Assembly: GCA_000146465.1 (NCBI GenBank)
Contig: CP001947.1
DNA length: 64,000 nt
Direction: 5' to 3' (one strand)
A model generated the notes under the pieces. That model did no database searches and was not told the DNA's origin. It saw only the letters and a list, made by a program, of their open reading frames with translations. This document shows, piece by piece, positions 55,615 to 64,000 of this stretch. Both the position numbers and the translations under genes were made by a program. Every line of letters begins with the position of its first letter. Position 1 is the first letter of the stretch.

Positions 55615-58461
55615 TTAATGAGCAAACACTCTGGAGACATATACCGGCCCGAGTATCTCATCAATAGAGAGGTCTTCTTTTGCTATCTCGTTGACAGCCT
55701 CAACAACTTTCTCTTCATAGCTCAGGTCGATTATACCCCTTAGATACTTGTTCCATATGTCGGTGCTGTAGATTTCAAAGTTTTTCTTCCTTTCCCTGAA
55801 GAACGAGATGACTCCGTTTCGGAACTCTTCAAACTGATCTTCGCTCATCTCTCTGAAGTATTCGTCCAGGTCTTTTACAAACTTCCTTATCCTCTTTTCA
55901 AGGAAGTCTACATCCTTCTCGCTTTGCACTATGAATTTGATGTACTGCTCGTCATCTAGATTCAGAACCCCAGACCCAACTACATACCCAAGCTCTTCCT
56001 TTGTCCGCAGATCATCGAAGAACATCGCTTTGCATGACTGTTGTACAAAGTGGGCTATGGCTGCATCCTTGTGGTTCCTGCATTTTCCGCAATAGTAGTT
56101 CAAGGAACATGCATTGTTCACCTTGTCGCTTGTTTTCACATCACATCTGTATTTTCCATCAAGAAGATCTTTCTTTACATAATCGTATACTTCCTCCTGT
56201 TTCGAAAGAATATTTTCAAATATCTTCTCGGCATCTTGATACTCGATGTTCCCAATCACAAACATTTCCAAGAAGAACTTTCGGCTCATCTTGAATTCCG
56301 TGTCTACAGAGCTCAGCTTCTCCATCAGCTCCTCTGCCATCAAATGTCCGGGAATCCTCATGCACTTCAGCCCTTCATTGCATCGCTTGTGAGGGCTTTC
56401 GTTTCTCTTTGTCTCAAACTCATTCCAAATCCGCTCCTTCACAAGGTTCCGCCGTGACTGGTTGGGCTCTTCAAACAGAATGTCGAAAAACTGCCGGGAG
56501 ATCTCAACACTCATGTGGTTAAAGCATTCTATCCGAATCTCCACCCCATAGTGCTCGACACGAACATCGATGTTCATTCCTGTTCCGTGAAGATATCCAT
56601 CGTGCCTTCTAAAGAATTGGCTCTTGGCATTTCTGAGCAGAAATATCAAGTTAATCATGTTCTCATTGATTTGGTCCATTCGAAGAAGACATCCTATAAA
56701 GACCTTTGGAACCTTGTAGGTATCGTTAAACAGGTAGTTGATTTTTCCTCCAGAAACCTCCTTTGAAATAATTTCTGAAGGGGCCTCGATTTTTATCATC
56801 TCTCCTTCCTTCCACTCAACTGCCTTCTCCAGTGAGTCTTCAGAGACCACTTTGTCTTTTTCATTGTACTTCGGAGAATACACCTCTTCTGTTTTAAACT
56901 CCCCCTTTAAATCCTTTTGCCCTTGAAGTTCGAGCCATTTGGAGAAATCCGTCATCTTCTGGACAATCTTCTTGACTTCTTCTTTCTTTCCTTTAGAGGA
57001 CTTCTGGGGAAGGACATTTGGGAACACCTTTTCTTCTTTCTTTGGTAAGTCCAACTCAAATATCTGGTCTCCCACATTGTATCTCACCCCATATATCTCC
57101 TCGCGCATGTCAAACATCCCTGTTCCCTTTGCAACATGGAACACAAGCCACTTTGGGAAGTTCATCATCTTTTCCACAATCCCCTTGATCTCGTTCTTGT
57201 CAAATTTCTCAAAACAGTGTTCGTTATCAAGAACATTCTCAACCGGGAAAAACTGCATGTTTCTAGAGATCTTCTGTGCCTGGTACATAGGCTCGTCACT
57301 CTCCTCGTACTTGAACACATATCTCGATCTCTTTTGGATCTCTTCATACTCATCAGAAGAGATGGGGATGTCTTTGAGATACCTTACAAGTTCTAAAAGA
57401 ACTCTTTCAGGTCTTTTGTTTCCCTCGGAAGACAGATGCATTGTTATTATTATCAGAGAATAGTCTGTGTAGTGGCACATCTCATACTCAACCTGCAGAA
57501 CGAGCCCTTTGTCCTTAACCCTACATGCAAACCCCTTTGTATCGTCCCGAAGAAACATATTCATTACATACTCGTAAGGATTGTTCTTGAAAATCTTGTA
57601 CCCCGACTCAACAGTCATTGTAACAACAATCGATCTTGTATCTGCAATAGGCTCCACCCTGATCCATCGGTTGGTGTATTCAGAGTCAAACACAGTCCAT
57701 TCCTTGTCTGCTTCAAGTTCTATGTTTCCACTGCTCTTCTTCTCCTCGGTCCCCTTTGGAACCCCCTCAAACATCTTCAACATCTCCTTTAGCTCCTCCA
57801 GACCTTTGTTTCCACAAATCACTGTACACATTTTATCGCAGGAATACTTCTGTTTCCAGAACTCTGCCATCTCTTCCCATATCCCTTCTTTTCGAAGTGT
57901 GTCGTAGTTTCCTGTGCTGAACATAGATATCGGCAGTTCCTTCTTGCAGCATCTTGAAATCATCCTCCAGATCCTCCAGTCATCAACATTCAGTCCGTTA
58001 CAGAACTCGGAGTTCACAGCCGACACCTCTCTCTCCACCGAGTTTTTCTTCAGCAGTGGTGTCTTGAAGAAGTCTGCAAGTCGGTCCACCCCTTCTTCAA
58101 AAGCCTCAGGAGCAATATCGAAGTAATACACAGTAACCTCTCCATAGGTGGAGGCATTGTATTCCCCGTTGTTCTTTGAAAGGAATTTGCCAAAATCCTC
58201 TTCATCAGGGTATTTCTCAGTCCCCATAAACAGCATATGCTCAAGGAAATGTGCAAGACCTTGAGTAGATACCGGGTTATCAAACGATCCAACCTTGACA
58301 GAGACTGCACAGCTGCACTTGTCCAGTGAAGGATCCGACATAATCAGCCCTCGCATCCCGTTGGGCATCTCGACATACTCATATTCCATCGAGTCGGTGA
58401 GACTCTTGTGAATCTTTTTGGCAACTTTAAGACAATTCATTAAAGCGGAAAGCCTAACCAT
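55615..58461 (-). CDS. M16A zinc metalloprotease, insulin-degrading-enzyme/Ste23-like
   Basis: The inverted zinc motif HFLEHMLFMGTEKYP (HxxEH) with downstream E, within an M16 four-domain architecture of ~950 aa. The start is set at ATG 58461 (MVRL...). The ORF track extends to 58599, which would overlap the divergent neighbour. Confidence 0.85.
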   Translation of the reverse strand: MVRLSALMNCLKVAKKIHKSLTDSMEYEYVEMPNGMRGLIMSDPSLDKCSCAVSVKVGSFDNPVSTQGLAHFLEHMLFMGTEKYPDEEDFGKFLSKNNGEYNASTYGEVTVYYFDIAPEAFEEGVDRLADFFKTPLLKKNSVEREVSAVNSEFCNGLNVDDWRIWRMISRCCKKELPISMFSTGNYDTLRKEGIWEEMAEFWKQKYSCDKMCTVICGNKGLEELKEMLKMFEGVPKGTEEKKSSGNIELEADKEWTVFDSEYTNRWIRVEPIADTRSIVVTMTVESGYKIFKNNPYEYVMNMFLRDDTKGFACRVKDKGLVLQVEYEMCHYTDYSLIIITMHLSSEGNKRPERVLLELVRYLKDIPISSDEYEEIQKRSRYVFKYEESDEPMYQAQKISRNMQFFPVENVLDNEHCFEKFDKNEIKGIVEKMMNFPKWLVFHVAKGTGMFDMREEIYGVRYNVGDQIFELDLPKKEEKVFPNVLPQKSSKGKKEEVKKIVQKMTDFSKWLELQGQKDLKGEFKTEEVYSPKYNEKDKVVSEDSLEKAVEWKEGEMIKIEAPSEIISKEVSGGKINYLFNDTYKVPKVFIGCLLRMDQINENMINLIFLLRNAKSQFFRRHDGYLHGTGMNIDVRVEHYGVEIRIECFNHMSVEISRQFFDILFEEPNQSRRNLVKERIWNEFETKRNESPHKRCNEGLKCMRIPGHLMAEELMEKLSSVDTEFKMSRKFFLEMFVIGNIEYQDAEKIFENILSKQEEVYDYVKKDLLDGKYRCDVKTSDKVNNACSLNYYCGKCRNHKDAAIAHFVQQSCKAMFFDDLRTKEELGYVVGSGVLNLDDEQYIKFIVQSEKDVDFLEKRIRKFVKDLDEYFREMSEDQFEEFRNGVISFFRERKKNFEIYSTDIWNKYLRGIIDLSYEEKVVEAVNEIAKEDLSIDEILGPVYVSRVFAH

Positions 58462-58550
58462 AAGGGCTTCCAAGGTTCTGTTTATAGGAAAATTTTGTCT
58501 GGCACTACTGGAAAATACGAGAAACCGCCCCGGAATGACCCTGAAATAAC

Positions 58551-59873
58551 ATGGAGACTGCAAGGAAGATAAGGAGACACAAAATACTTGCATATGCACT
58601 GACTGCGGTGGAGGCCATGGGGCTGTCTGTGGTGGTTAAACAGGCCGTCAGGAATCCGCTTAGAGTTCTTTTGAATCCACCGAAGGGCCTTGTGCGAGGT
58701 CTGTGTTCCATCCCTACTATTATGCTATGGATTGCCATATACATATACCTTTCGGGGAAAGTTGCACAAGAAGCAGGAAGGCCTCGGACGGTCATCTTCT
58801 TCTATCATCTTACCTCACAGATAATGTTTTTGGGGTACCTTTCCAAGCCGGGTTCAGATGTTGGAATGAATAGTAGATGGGTCACGCTTATACCAACAAA
58901 CGGATGTTCTGTATACAGCGTGGCTCTTTCCATATCCTCGGCAACACTCCAAACATATATTGAGGAGATTCTATGGATGAAGCCAAGATACACACGAGTT
59001 AGAGGATTGTTCAACTACATGGGAAGAAGTATAGGAGTGATGGTGCGAGACATGTTTTATCTTTGTATTGGCAGCGAGTTCATGGCAATAGGTGCTCTTA
59101 CGATGTGCTTGGTAGTCTCGAAGACTCTGTTTCCATGGTCACGCCTTGGACCTTTCTGGTTATTCCAGGGAACAGCTTGGAGGATGTCTGGGGGGTTTTT
59201 GGCTGCCAACATCTCTACTGCTGCTTATTTTCTTCTGATGAGTGCCATTGATAGGCTTCTAACTTACAACATGTCACTGATGAATCTTGGCTTGGGCGAC
59301 TACTGCTGTAACGAGGAGGAGAGCATCAACACCTCAAGACTGAGGTTTTTCCAGATATCCGAGCTTTCAATGAAATATCCCGAGGTTTTCAAAAAGGTGG
59401 CAAGATCAAACAAAGCTGTTTCGTCCCTTGGGCTGTATGTCCGTAGAGAAGAAAGAGAGATTTTAAAGATCATGGAAACGATGAGGAGAGAGAGGGAAAC
59501 ACTTGAGTCCCGAATGTGGTTTTCTGTTCCCCAGATCACCCAACCTCTAGACAAACCAAAGGCGTTGGTTGTTCAAAGAAAAGTTCAGTTTGTAAAGAGA
59601 ATAAGATCGTATAATTTCATTGAGATTCTTGCATCCAGGATCGTATACTTCTTTAAGATACGTATTTTGATTAATAGATACAAGGGCACCAGAAGACCGT
59701 TCCTTCTGGTAAAGAGCTTTATGAAGTTTCTAGAGAAATATAGAAGGGACTACCTACTTCTCAAGGATCTTGACGAGACGTTTGAGGCCTCGATGAAGAA
59801 TCTGCACAACGAAATCTCCAACACCGAGGAGGTGATTGGGATTGGTCTGGAGTCGGAGCTGTTCTGTAAGTAA
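58551..59873 (+). CDS. hypothetical membrane protein (440 aa) with a C-terminal charged/coiled region
   Basis: The ATG was verified. Several hydrophobic helices lie in the first 230 aa. No family recognised. Confidence 0.4.
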   Translation: METARKIRRHKILAYALTAVEAMGLSVVVKQAVRNPLRVLLNPPKGLVRGLCSIPTIMLWIAIYIYLSGKVAQEAGRPRTVIFFYHLTSQIMFLGYLSKPGSDVGMNSRWVTLIPTNGCSVYSVALSISSATLQTYIEEILWMKPRYTRVRGLFNYMGRSIGVMVRDMFYLCIGSEFMAIGALTMCLVVSKTLFPWSRLGPFWLFQGTAWRMSGGFLAANISTAAYFLLMSAIDRLLTYNMSLMNLGLGDYCCNEEESINTSRLRFFQISELSMKYPEVFKKVARSNKAVSSLGLYVRREEREILKIMETMRRERETLESRMWFSVPQITQPLDKPKALVVQRKVQFVKRIRSYNFIEILASRIVYFFKIRILINRYKGTRRPFLLVKSFMKFLEKYRRDYLLLKDLDETFEASMKNLHNEISNTEEVIGIGLESELFCK

Positions 59874-59962
59874 CCTCGGGGCTGTTAATAAAGTTTTGGA
59901 TCTTCTAGACTACTGTAAAGGTTTCATAGGAATGATAATTGAGACACAAGGATAAACAAACA

Positions 59963-62299
59963 ATGGGGATCAAGGATACGTTTGGAATGGAAGGGATAAG
60001 AAGACTCTTTGAAAGAGGTTCGTTTGTGGAAAATCCCCTGGGCAAGTCATTGATTGTGAAGCATCTTTCGTCTCTGAATTCCAAGAGGCAGATCAAAGGG
60101 GCAAGGAGTCTGGTGAGCAGGATGCAGCGTGGAGAAGATCTCTTTGAGCTCTGTAATGATGTCATCAAGGCGATGGACACAAGAGATCCCGAGCTCAAGA
60201 GAATGCTCAACCTGTATCTGGTGAAGTATGTGCAAGGATGGCCTGCAAAGCAACTGATATGTATCAACACCGTACTGAAGGATCTTGGAGACGTAAATAG
60301 CGAAATGCGACATTGTGCAATTCAAGATAGTGGGCTGCTAGGAGACGGAGCAGTGATCAAAAACTATGTTAATCCTCTCAAGGAGCATGGGGTTAGTGCG
60401 CTGCCTGAGACAAGAAGGAAGGTAGCAGACTCATTGAGGAACTATTTCAGGAAAGATCCCCGTTTGTTCCATGACGAAGACCTTTGCGATCTACTGAGAG
60501 ACTTGGTGTTTGACGAGGATGCAGGTGTGTGTGCATCTGCACTAAATAGCGTTCAAGCCATAGAGAAGGAGACAAGAGTCCTTTCTACCAAAGACATCTA
60601 TATCCTCTTTGGAAAGGCCATTAAGACAGGAAACAGGGAAATCCTTGGAAGTCTTCTGGAAGTGATGAATAACAGAGCAGAGGACTTCCTTGATGCTGCT
60701 CCATTGGTTCCATTGTTGAGATCGTGTAGCCTTCGGATATTCCGTCAGGCATCTGATCTGGCCATTTCTATCGATCCCTCTTACAGGCAAATTGTGTTTG
60801 ATCACCTCAAAGGGTTTCTTAATTCAAAGGACGAGGAGTTGTATCTTGTACTTGACTATGCCGAGTCTCTTCTTGATCATGTGAAGTACGACAATTCATG
60901 CTTTGCCATCTACCACAGCGACAGGAAATACAATAAGATAAAGAAGCTTAAGATTCTATTCAAAAGGCTGGATAGCATCTCTGTGTCGGAAATAAAGAAC
61001 CAATGCAGAGATGAAGAACTTCTTGGAGTGATTTTGAAGGAGTCTCTTATTGCAGACTATCTTATAGAGGAGCCGTTCAAATACATACGCAAGGCAGATG
61101 AAATAATAAGAGTTCTGTACAGTGAAGATGCTATTTCAGAAAAATGGTCGGGACTGATTGAAAAATTCTTGATGAGTGCGAGGGAAGTGCAGGAAAGGCA
61201 GAAGTATATCTATCTCTGTGGGAGATATGTCCACGAGATTCCTTCAGAAGTTATAAGAATCCAAAGTCTGTACATTCCTTCTCTAGTCAACGAGACGGCC
61301 AGGTTTTATCTTAGCCTCCATAGAAGAGGAGTGGTAAATCTGGAAGAGACCCTAGGGCACCTCCGTCTGGTACAGAAGAGCCCAAAGGACAGAATCCGAG
61401 CAGTGATCAATGAACTGAAGACCCGGGGAATAGGAGTGTTTTCAGCATTTTGTGACATCAAAAAGCGGGATCTGAACAGCACTAAAGCCTGTAGATCTGT
61501 TGGGATAAAGTATGAGGAAAAGACCACTTCGATACTCGATGGCAAGCCATACTATGGACTAAGTGAAGATGGATTTCTAAGGGAAAATTCTGGAGAAGCA
61601 TTGGAGAAGTTCCGCGAAGAGGAGAAATCTCTACGTGAAGAATGCTCTTCTCTTGAAAGAGGAGAGACACAAACAACCGAGCTCTCTTCTGCAGGAGAGA
61701 GTAGTCCATTTCCAGGAAATGGCTCACAATGTCCAGCTCTGTTCTTGGGCAAGGAAGACGAGGAAAATGTTTGGCTGAGGTTTGCTGAATCTCATCGTCC
61801 TGTTGAAGGTAAGAGGGCCAAAGAGAAGGAATCCACCAGGCTGATAGACACCCTTGGGCTAAAAGGGATTCTTGCCATTGCTGGTGAAGAGGTTATACTT
61901 CAAGTGGATGTGCTAGAAAGTCCATTGGTTATTTATTACAGGTGTAAGGGGCGACTCAACAGTATCAAAATAGACGGCGAAGGGACTTTTTCTCTTTTCA
62001 CAATAGGTCTTCCAGTAATCAACTCGGAGTTCAGCCTAACAATAGGAAAGTCCAACTACGAAATCTACCTGGGAATCAGAAGCTTGATGAATCCATTTGA
62101 GTGCTCGAAGGATGAGTTTGAAAGGAAATTCCATGAGCTCAGAGACCACATACTCCTAGGGGAAATCGACACTGGGAAGGCATATGCCGTCGACAACCAT
62201 CGGTTCTCATTTTCTGTCCTTGGCTCAAAATTCTACGGAAAGCATCTCAATGGACAGGCAATCCTCAAAGGCCCGAGGAAGCTGTTGGGACTCTTTTAA
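59963..62299 (+). CDS. adaptin N-terminal domain protein (AP-complex beta-type large subunit or coatomer beta-like)
   Basis: The N-terminal HEAT/ARM trunk aligns with beta-adaptins (PELKRMLNLYLVKYVQGWP...LKDLGDVNSEMRHCAIQ...RKDPRLFHDEDLCDLLRDLVFDEDAGVCASALNSV). A C-terminal beta-sandwich-like appendage is present. The start is the first ATG after a TTG at 59939. Confidence 0.55.
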   Translation: MGIKDTFGMEGIRRLFERGSFVENPLGKSLIVKHLSSLNSKRQIKGARSLVSRMQRGEDLFELCNDVIKAMDTRDPELKRMLNLYLVKYVQGWPAKQLICINTVLKDLGDVNSEMRHCAIQDSGLLGDGAVIKNYVNPLKEHGVSALPETRRKVADSLRNYFRKDPRLFHDEDLCDLLRDLVFDEDAGVCASALNSVQAIEKETRVLSTKDIYILFGKAIKTGNREILGSLLEVMNNRAEDFLDAAPLVPLLRSCSLRIFRQASDLAISIDPSYRQIVFDHLKGFLNSKDEELYLVLDYAESLLDHVKYDNSCFAIYHSDRKYNKIKKLKILFKRLDSISVSEIKNQCRDEELLGVILKESLIADYLIEEPFKYIRKADEIIRVLYSEDAISEKWSGLIEKFLMSAREVQERQKYIYLCGRYVHEIPSEVIRIQSLYIPSLVNETARFYLSLHRRGVVNLEETLGHLRLVQKSPKDRIRAVINELKTRGIGVFSAFCDIKKRDLNSTKACRSVGIKYEEKTTSILDGKPYYGLSEDGFLRENSGEALEKFREEEKSLREECSSLERGETQTTELSSAGESSPFPGNGSQCPALFLGKEDEENVWLRFAESHRPVEGKRAKEKESTRLIDTLGLKGILAIAGEEVILQVDVLESPLVIYYRCKGRLNSIKIDGEGTFSLFTIGLPVINSEFSLTIGKSNYEIYLGIRSLMNPFECSKDEFERKFHELRDHILLGEIDTGKAYAVDNHRFSFSVLGSKFYGKHLNGQAILKGPRKLLGLF

Positions 62300-62518
62300 A
62301 TATATCGAATAAACAGGTAAGAGATAAAGAATTTATTCCCAGTAAATCCAGGTTCTGTCTTAGTGGCATTGGAAATGCCCTTCCACCCGATACCACGTGG
62401 AGGTGCAGAGATACATCAGGCACGAAGTCAGATTTTGCTACATCGTCAGTTTTCAGTCTGGGGCGGCAAATATCATCACTCTCCGGGGGTAACAAATACA
62501 AATGTTTTATATAGACAA

Positions 62519-64000
62519 CTATTTATTACCAAGCTTACCCATCACTGATCTTAACGTTTTGCCATGGCGTTTATTTGTTCCTCCCTTTCTCAAGTACTCG
62601 TGGCAGAGGTCTCGAAGCTCCTTGCTTCTTCCCAGAACCTTGGCCATCGAGTCGGAATCAAGATATGCAATCATCTCGGTTGCCGGTGCCCCAATCATCT
62701 CAAAGCACTTTATCACACCCTCCACCATCTCCTCCTGCTTCCATATGTTTCTTCTAACTACCCTGGATAGAAACGAAACAACAAAGTTCTTCAGATTGGG
62801 AAATTTCACCAAGGTTTGGAGTAGAGTCCTCACTATCAGCACAGGCAGCTCCTTCTCCAGGGTTGTTAGTGTAAACAGAAAGTCGCTCTCTCCAAACTTC
62901 GAGGATTTGAAGCAGAGATCGAGAATCCGGATGGCTTTTGAGACTTCTGGAATTCTGTGTACAAAGATCAGAAGTTCCGAACACTCCATAATTCTCAGAA
63001 ATACATTTAGAGACTCACTGTCAACAACATAGTCGGGAATATACTTGTACACGTCAGACTTCTCCAAATACGGTAGGAGGGCATACATAAAACGGCTGTC
63101 CTCGAGGTAATTATCTAACAGATATATTCGGAGCTGGCCCTTGACCGCTCTCCTTCGAAGGATCGTTTGTATCAGACTTTCCTTCTTCGGCCCATCCTCC
63201 AAAGACTTGACAAGATCAACCACTACCGTATCTTCCTTCTCTTTCAGAAGGTCAACAAAGCTATTCATCCCCTCCTGGGACTCGACCGACTCCAGAGTAA
63301 GAGCCAAGGCCTGGTCGTTGGACTTGGAGATCTCAATCAGCTCCTGATCGCTTAGCCGGAAGTAGGAGGCATAGTCCTTAAGAGCCCCATAATTCTCCTT
63401 GAAAACCTCCAAGAGGCCTTCTCTTCCTATCGCTACCTTTTCCTCGGAAATCATTTCCACAATCTCCTTAACATGTGTCTCCCTTTCTCTAATCACATAG
63501 CTCAGCACATCCACTGACTCGTCCGTTATCTTCGGTATAATCCTCTTCACATCGAGCTCGACAAGGCATTTTATAACATCCAGCTTAAAGTACTGCTTGT
63601 TCTCGAGAATTATATCAACCATCGACTTGTAGACCTCTTTGTTCAGGAGATATGCATACAGGAAAAACGAAAGGCTGTATCTCTCGTTTTTTCTTATAAA
63701 CATCAAGGTCTCTAGTGAGTCTTCAACACTCAGCGTCCTTACAATTCTTGAAATCCCCTTGTCTACCGCTCCCGGGTCTCTTATCTTCCCAATAAGGCTA
63801 AAGGCCTCAGAAACAGGGCTTGGGAACTCCTCTTCCTTCTTCTCGTGGAAATATGTCTGGACCGTATTCTCAATCTCAATGTTGCTGCTCTTCACAAGCG
63901 TCTCAAAAACCAAATCAATAAGAAATCTAAAGGGATCAAACTCCTTCCTTGCCTCCTCTCCTCCCCTTCTTTCCCGTGTCTCTGTAAAGTCAAACAGCTT
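62519..64000 (-). CDS. helical-repeat (HEAT/ARM-like) protein, 5-prime end outside the window (partial, >490 aa)
   Basis: The frame remains open from 63913 through position 64000 (..KLFDFTETRERRGGEEARKEFDPFRFLIDLVFETLV..). No family assigned. Confidence 0.45.
   Translation of the reverse strand, partial: KLFDFTETRERRGGEEARKEFDPFRFLIDLVFETLVKSSNIEIENTVQTYFHEKKEEEFPSPVSEAFSLIGKIRDPGAVDKGISRIVRTLSVEDSLETLMFIRKNERYSLSFFLYAYLLNKEVYKSMVDIILENKQYFKLDVIKCLVELDVKRIIPKITDESVDVLSYVIRERETHVKEIVEMISEEKVAIGREGLLEVFKENYGALKDYASYFRLSDQELIEISKSNDQALALTLESVESQEGMNSFVDLLKEKEDTVVVDLVKSLEDGPKKESLIQTILRRRAVKGQLRIYLLDNYLEDSRFMYALLPYLEKSDVYKYIPDYVVDSESLNVFLRIMECSELLIFVHRIPEVSKAIRILDLCFKSSKFGESDFLFTLTTLEKELPVLIVRTLLQTLVKFPNLKNFVVSFLSRVVRRNIWKQEEMVEGVIKCFEMIGAPATEMIAYLDSDSMAKVLGRSKELRDLCHEYLRKGGTNKRHGKTLRSVMGKLGNK

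Noticed and set aside
55276-55615. Possible C/D-box snoRNA (GTGATGA at about 55384) in the 340-bp convergent spacer
   Set aside because: No matching D box (CUGA) at an appropriate distance and no terminal stem could be found. It remains unverified and was not reported as a feature.
1-64000. CRISPR arrays, prophage, transposase or reverse-transcriptase-bearing mobile elements, rRNA genes
   Set aside because: None seen. There are no regularly spaced direct repeats, and no transposase/RT/integrase-like ORFs. The sequence is eukaryotic nuclear in character. Only short low-complexity coding repeats (KE-rich at about 46860-47250) were noted.
1-64000. Bacterial/archaeal origin of the window
   Set aside because: The gene content (MCM, RPA, TFIIE-like, CCT, nucleoporins, Pin1, homeobox genes, Tubby, adaptin), a spliceosomal intron, and the absence of Shine-Dalgarno or operon organisation all point to a eukaryote.

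Overview
The window looks like a segment of an ultra-compact eukaryotic nuclear genome, most plausibly a microsporidian of the Encephalitozoon type. This call is inference and rests on several observations. There are about 55 protein genes in 64 kb, roughly one per kb, on both strands. Intergenic spacers are mostly 10-200 bp. Only one tiny spliceosomal intron was found. Orthologues are strongly shortened (for example Bms1 at 775 aa and a nucleoporin at 933 aa). A Tom40-like beta-barrel is present but no other mitochondrial proteins. C-rich (CCC) motifs sit immediately upstream of many ATG start codons. GC is roughly mid-40 percent (estimated by eye).

Most genes are housekeeping: tRNA-guanine transglycosylase, RPB10, Pin1/Ess1, MCM5-like, RPA2, Bms1, dUTPase, tRNase Z, mevalonate-PP decarboxylase, CCT zeta-like, RPB3, HisRS, adenylate kinase, PTPA, RNR small subunit, an M16 insulinase-like protease, a beta-adaptin-like protein, Bud32 and one tRNA-Gly(GCC). 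Mixed among them are lineage-specific or unrecognisable ORFs.

The points most worth a second look are:
- A ~2.7 kb AT-rich island (about 52.9-55.6 kb, roughly 28 percent GC) holds a TALE-class homeobox gene whose reading frame is broken by a -1 frameshift inside an A8 homopolymer. It is transcribed divergently from a 492-aa orphan ORF.
- The adenylate kinase gene is split by a 23-nt GTAAGT...TTTTAG intron (43855-43877).
- A membrane-anchored ADAM/reprolysin-type metalloprotease with a disintegrin-like domain is present.
- Two small signal-peptide proteins (Ser/Gly/Tyr-rich and Gly/Glu/Asn-rich) are candidates for spore wall or secreted proteins.
- A Tubby-domain protein is present.
- Several large orphan proteins (853, 745, 434 and 424 aa) lie in a cluster.

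Gene start coordinates follow the supplied ORF track. Where that track began at a TTG or GTG, I moved the start to the first in-frame ATG when I could verify it. Starts may still be off by a few codons.
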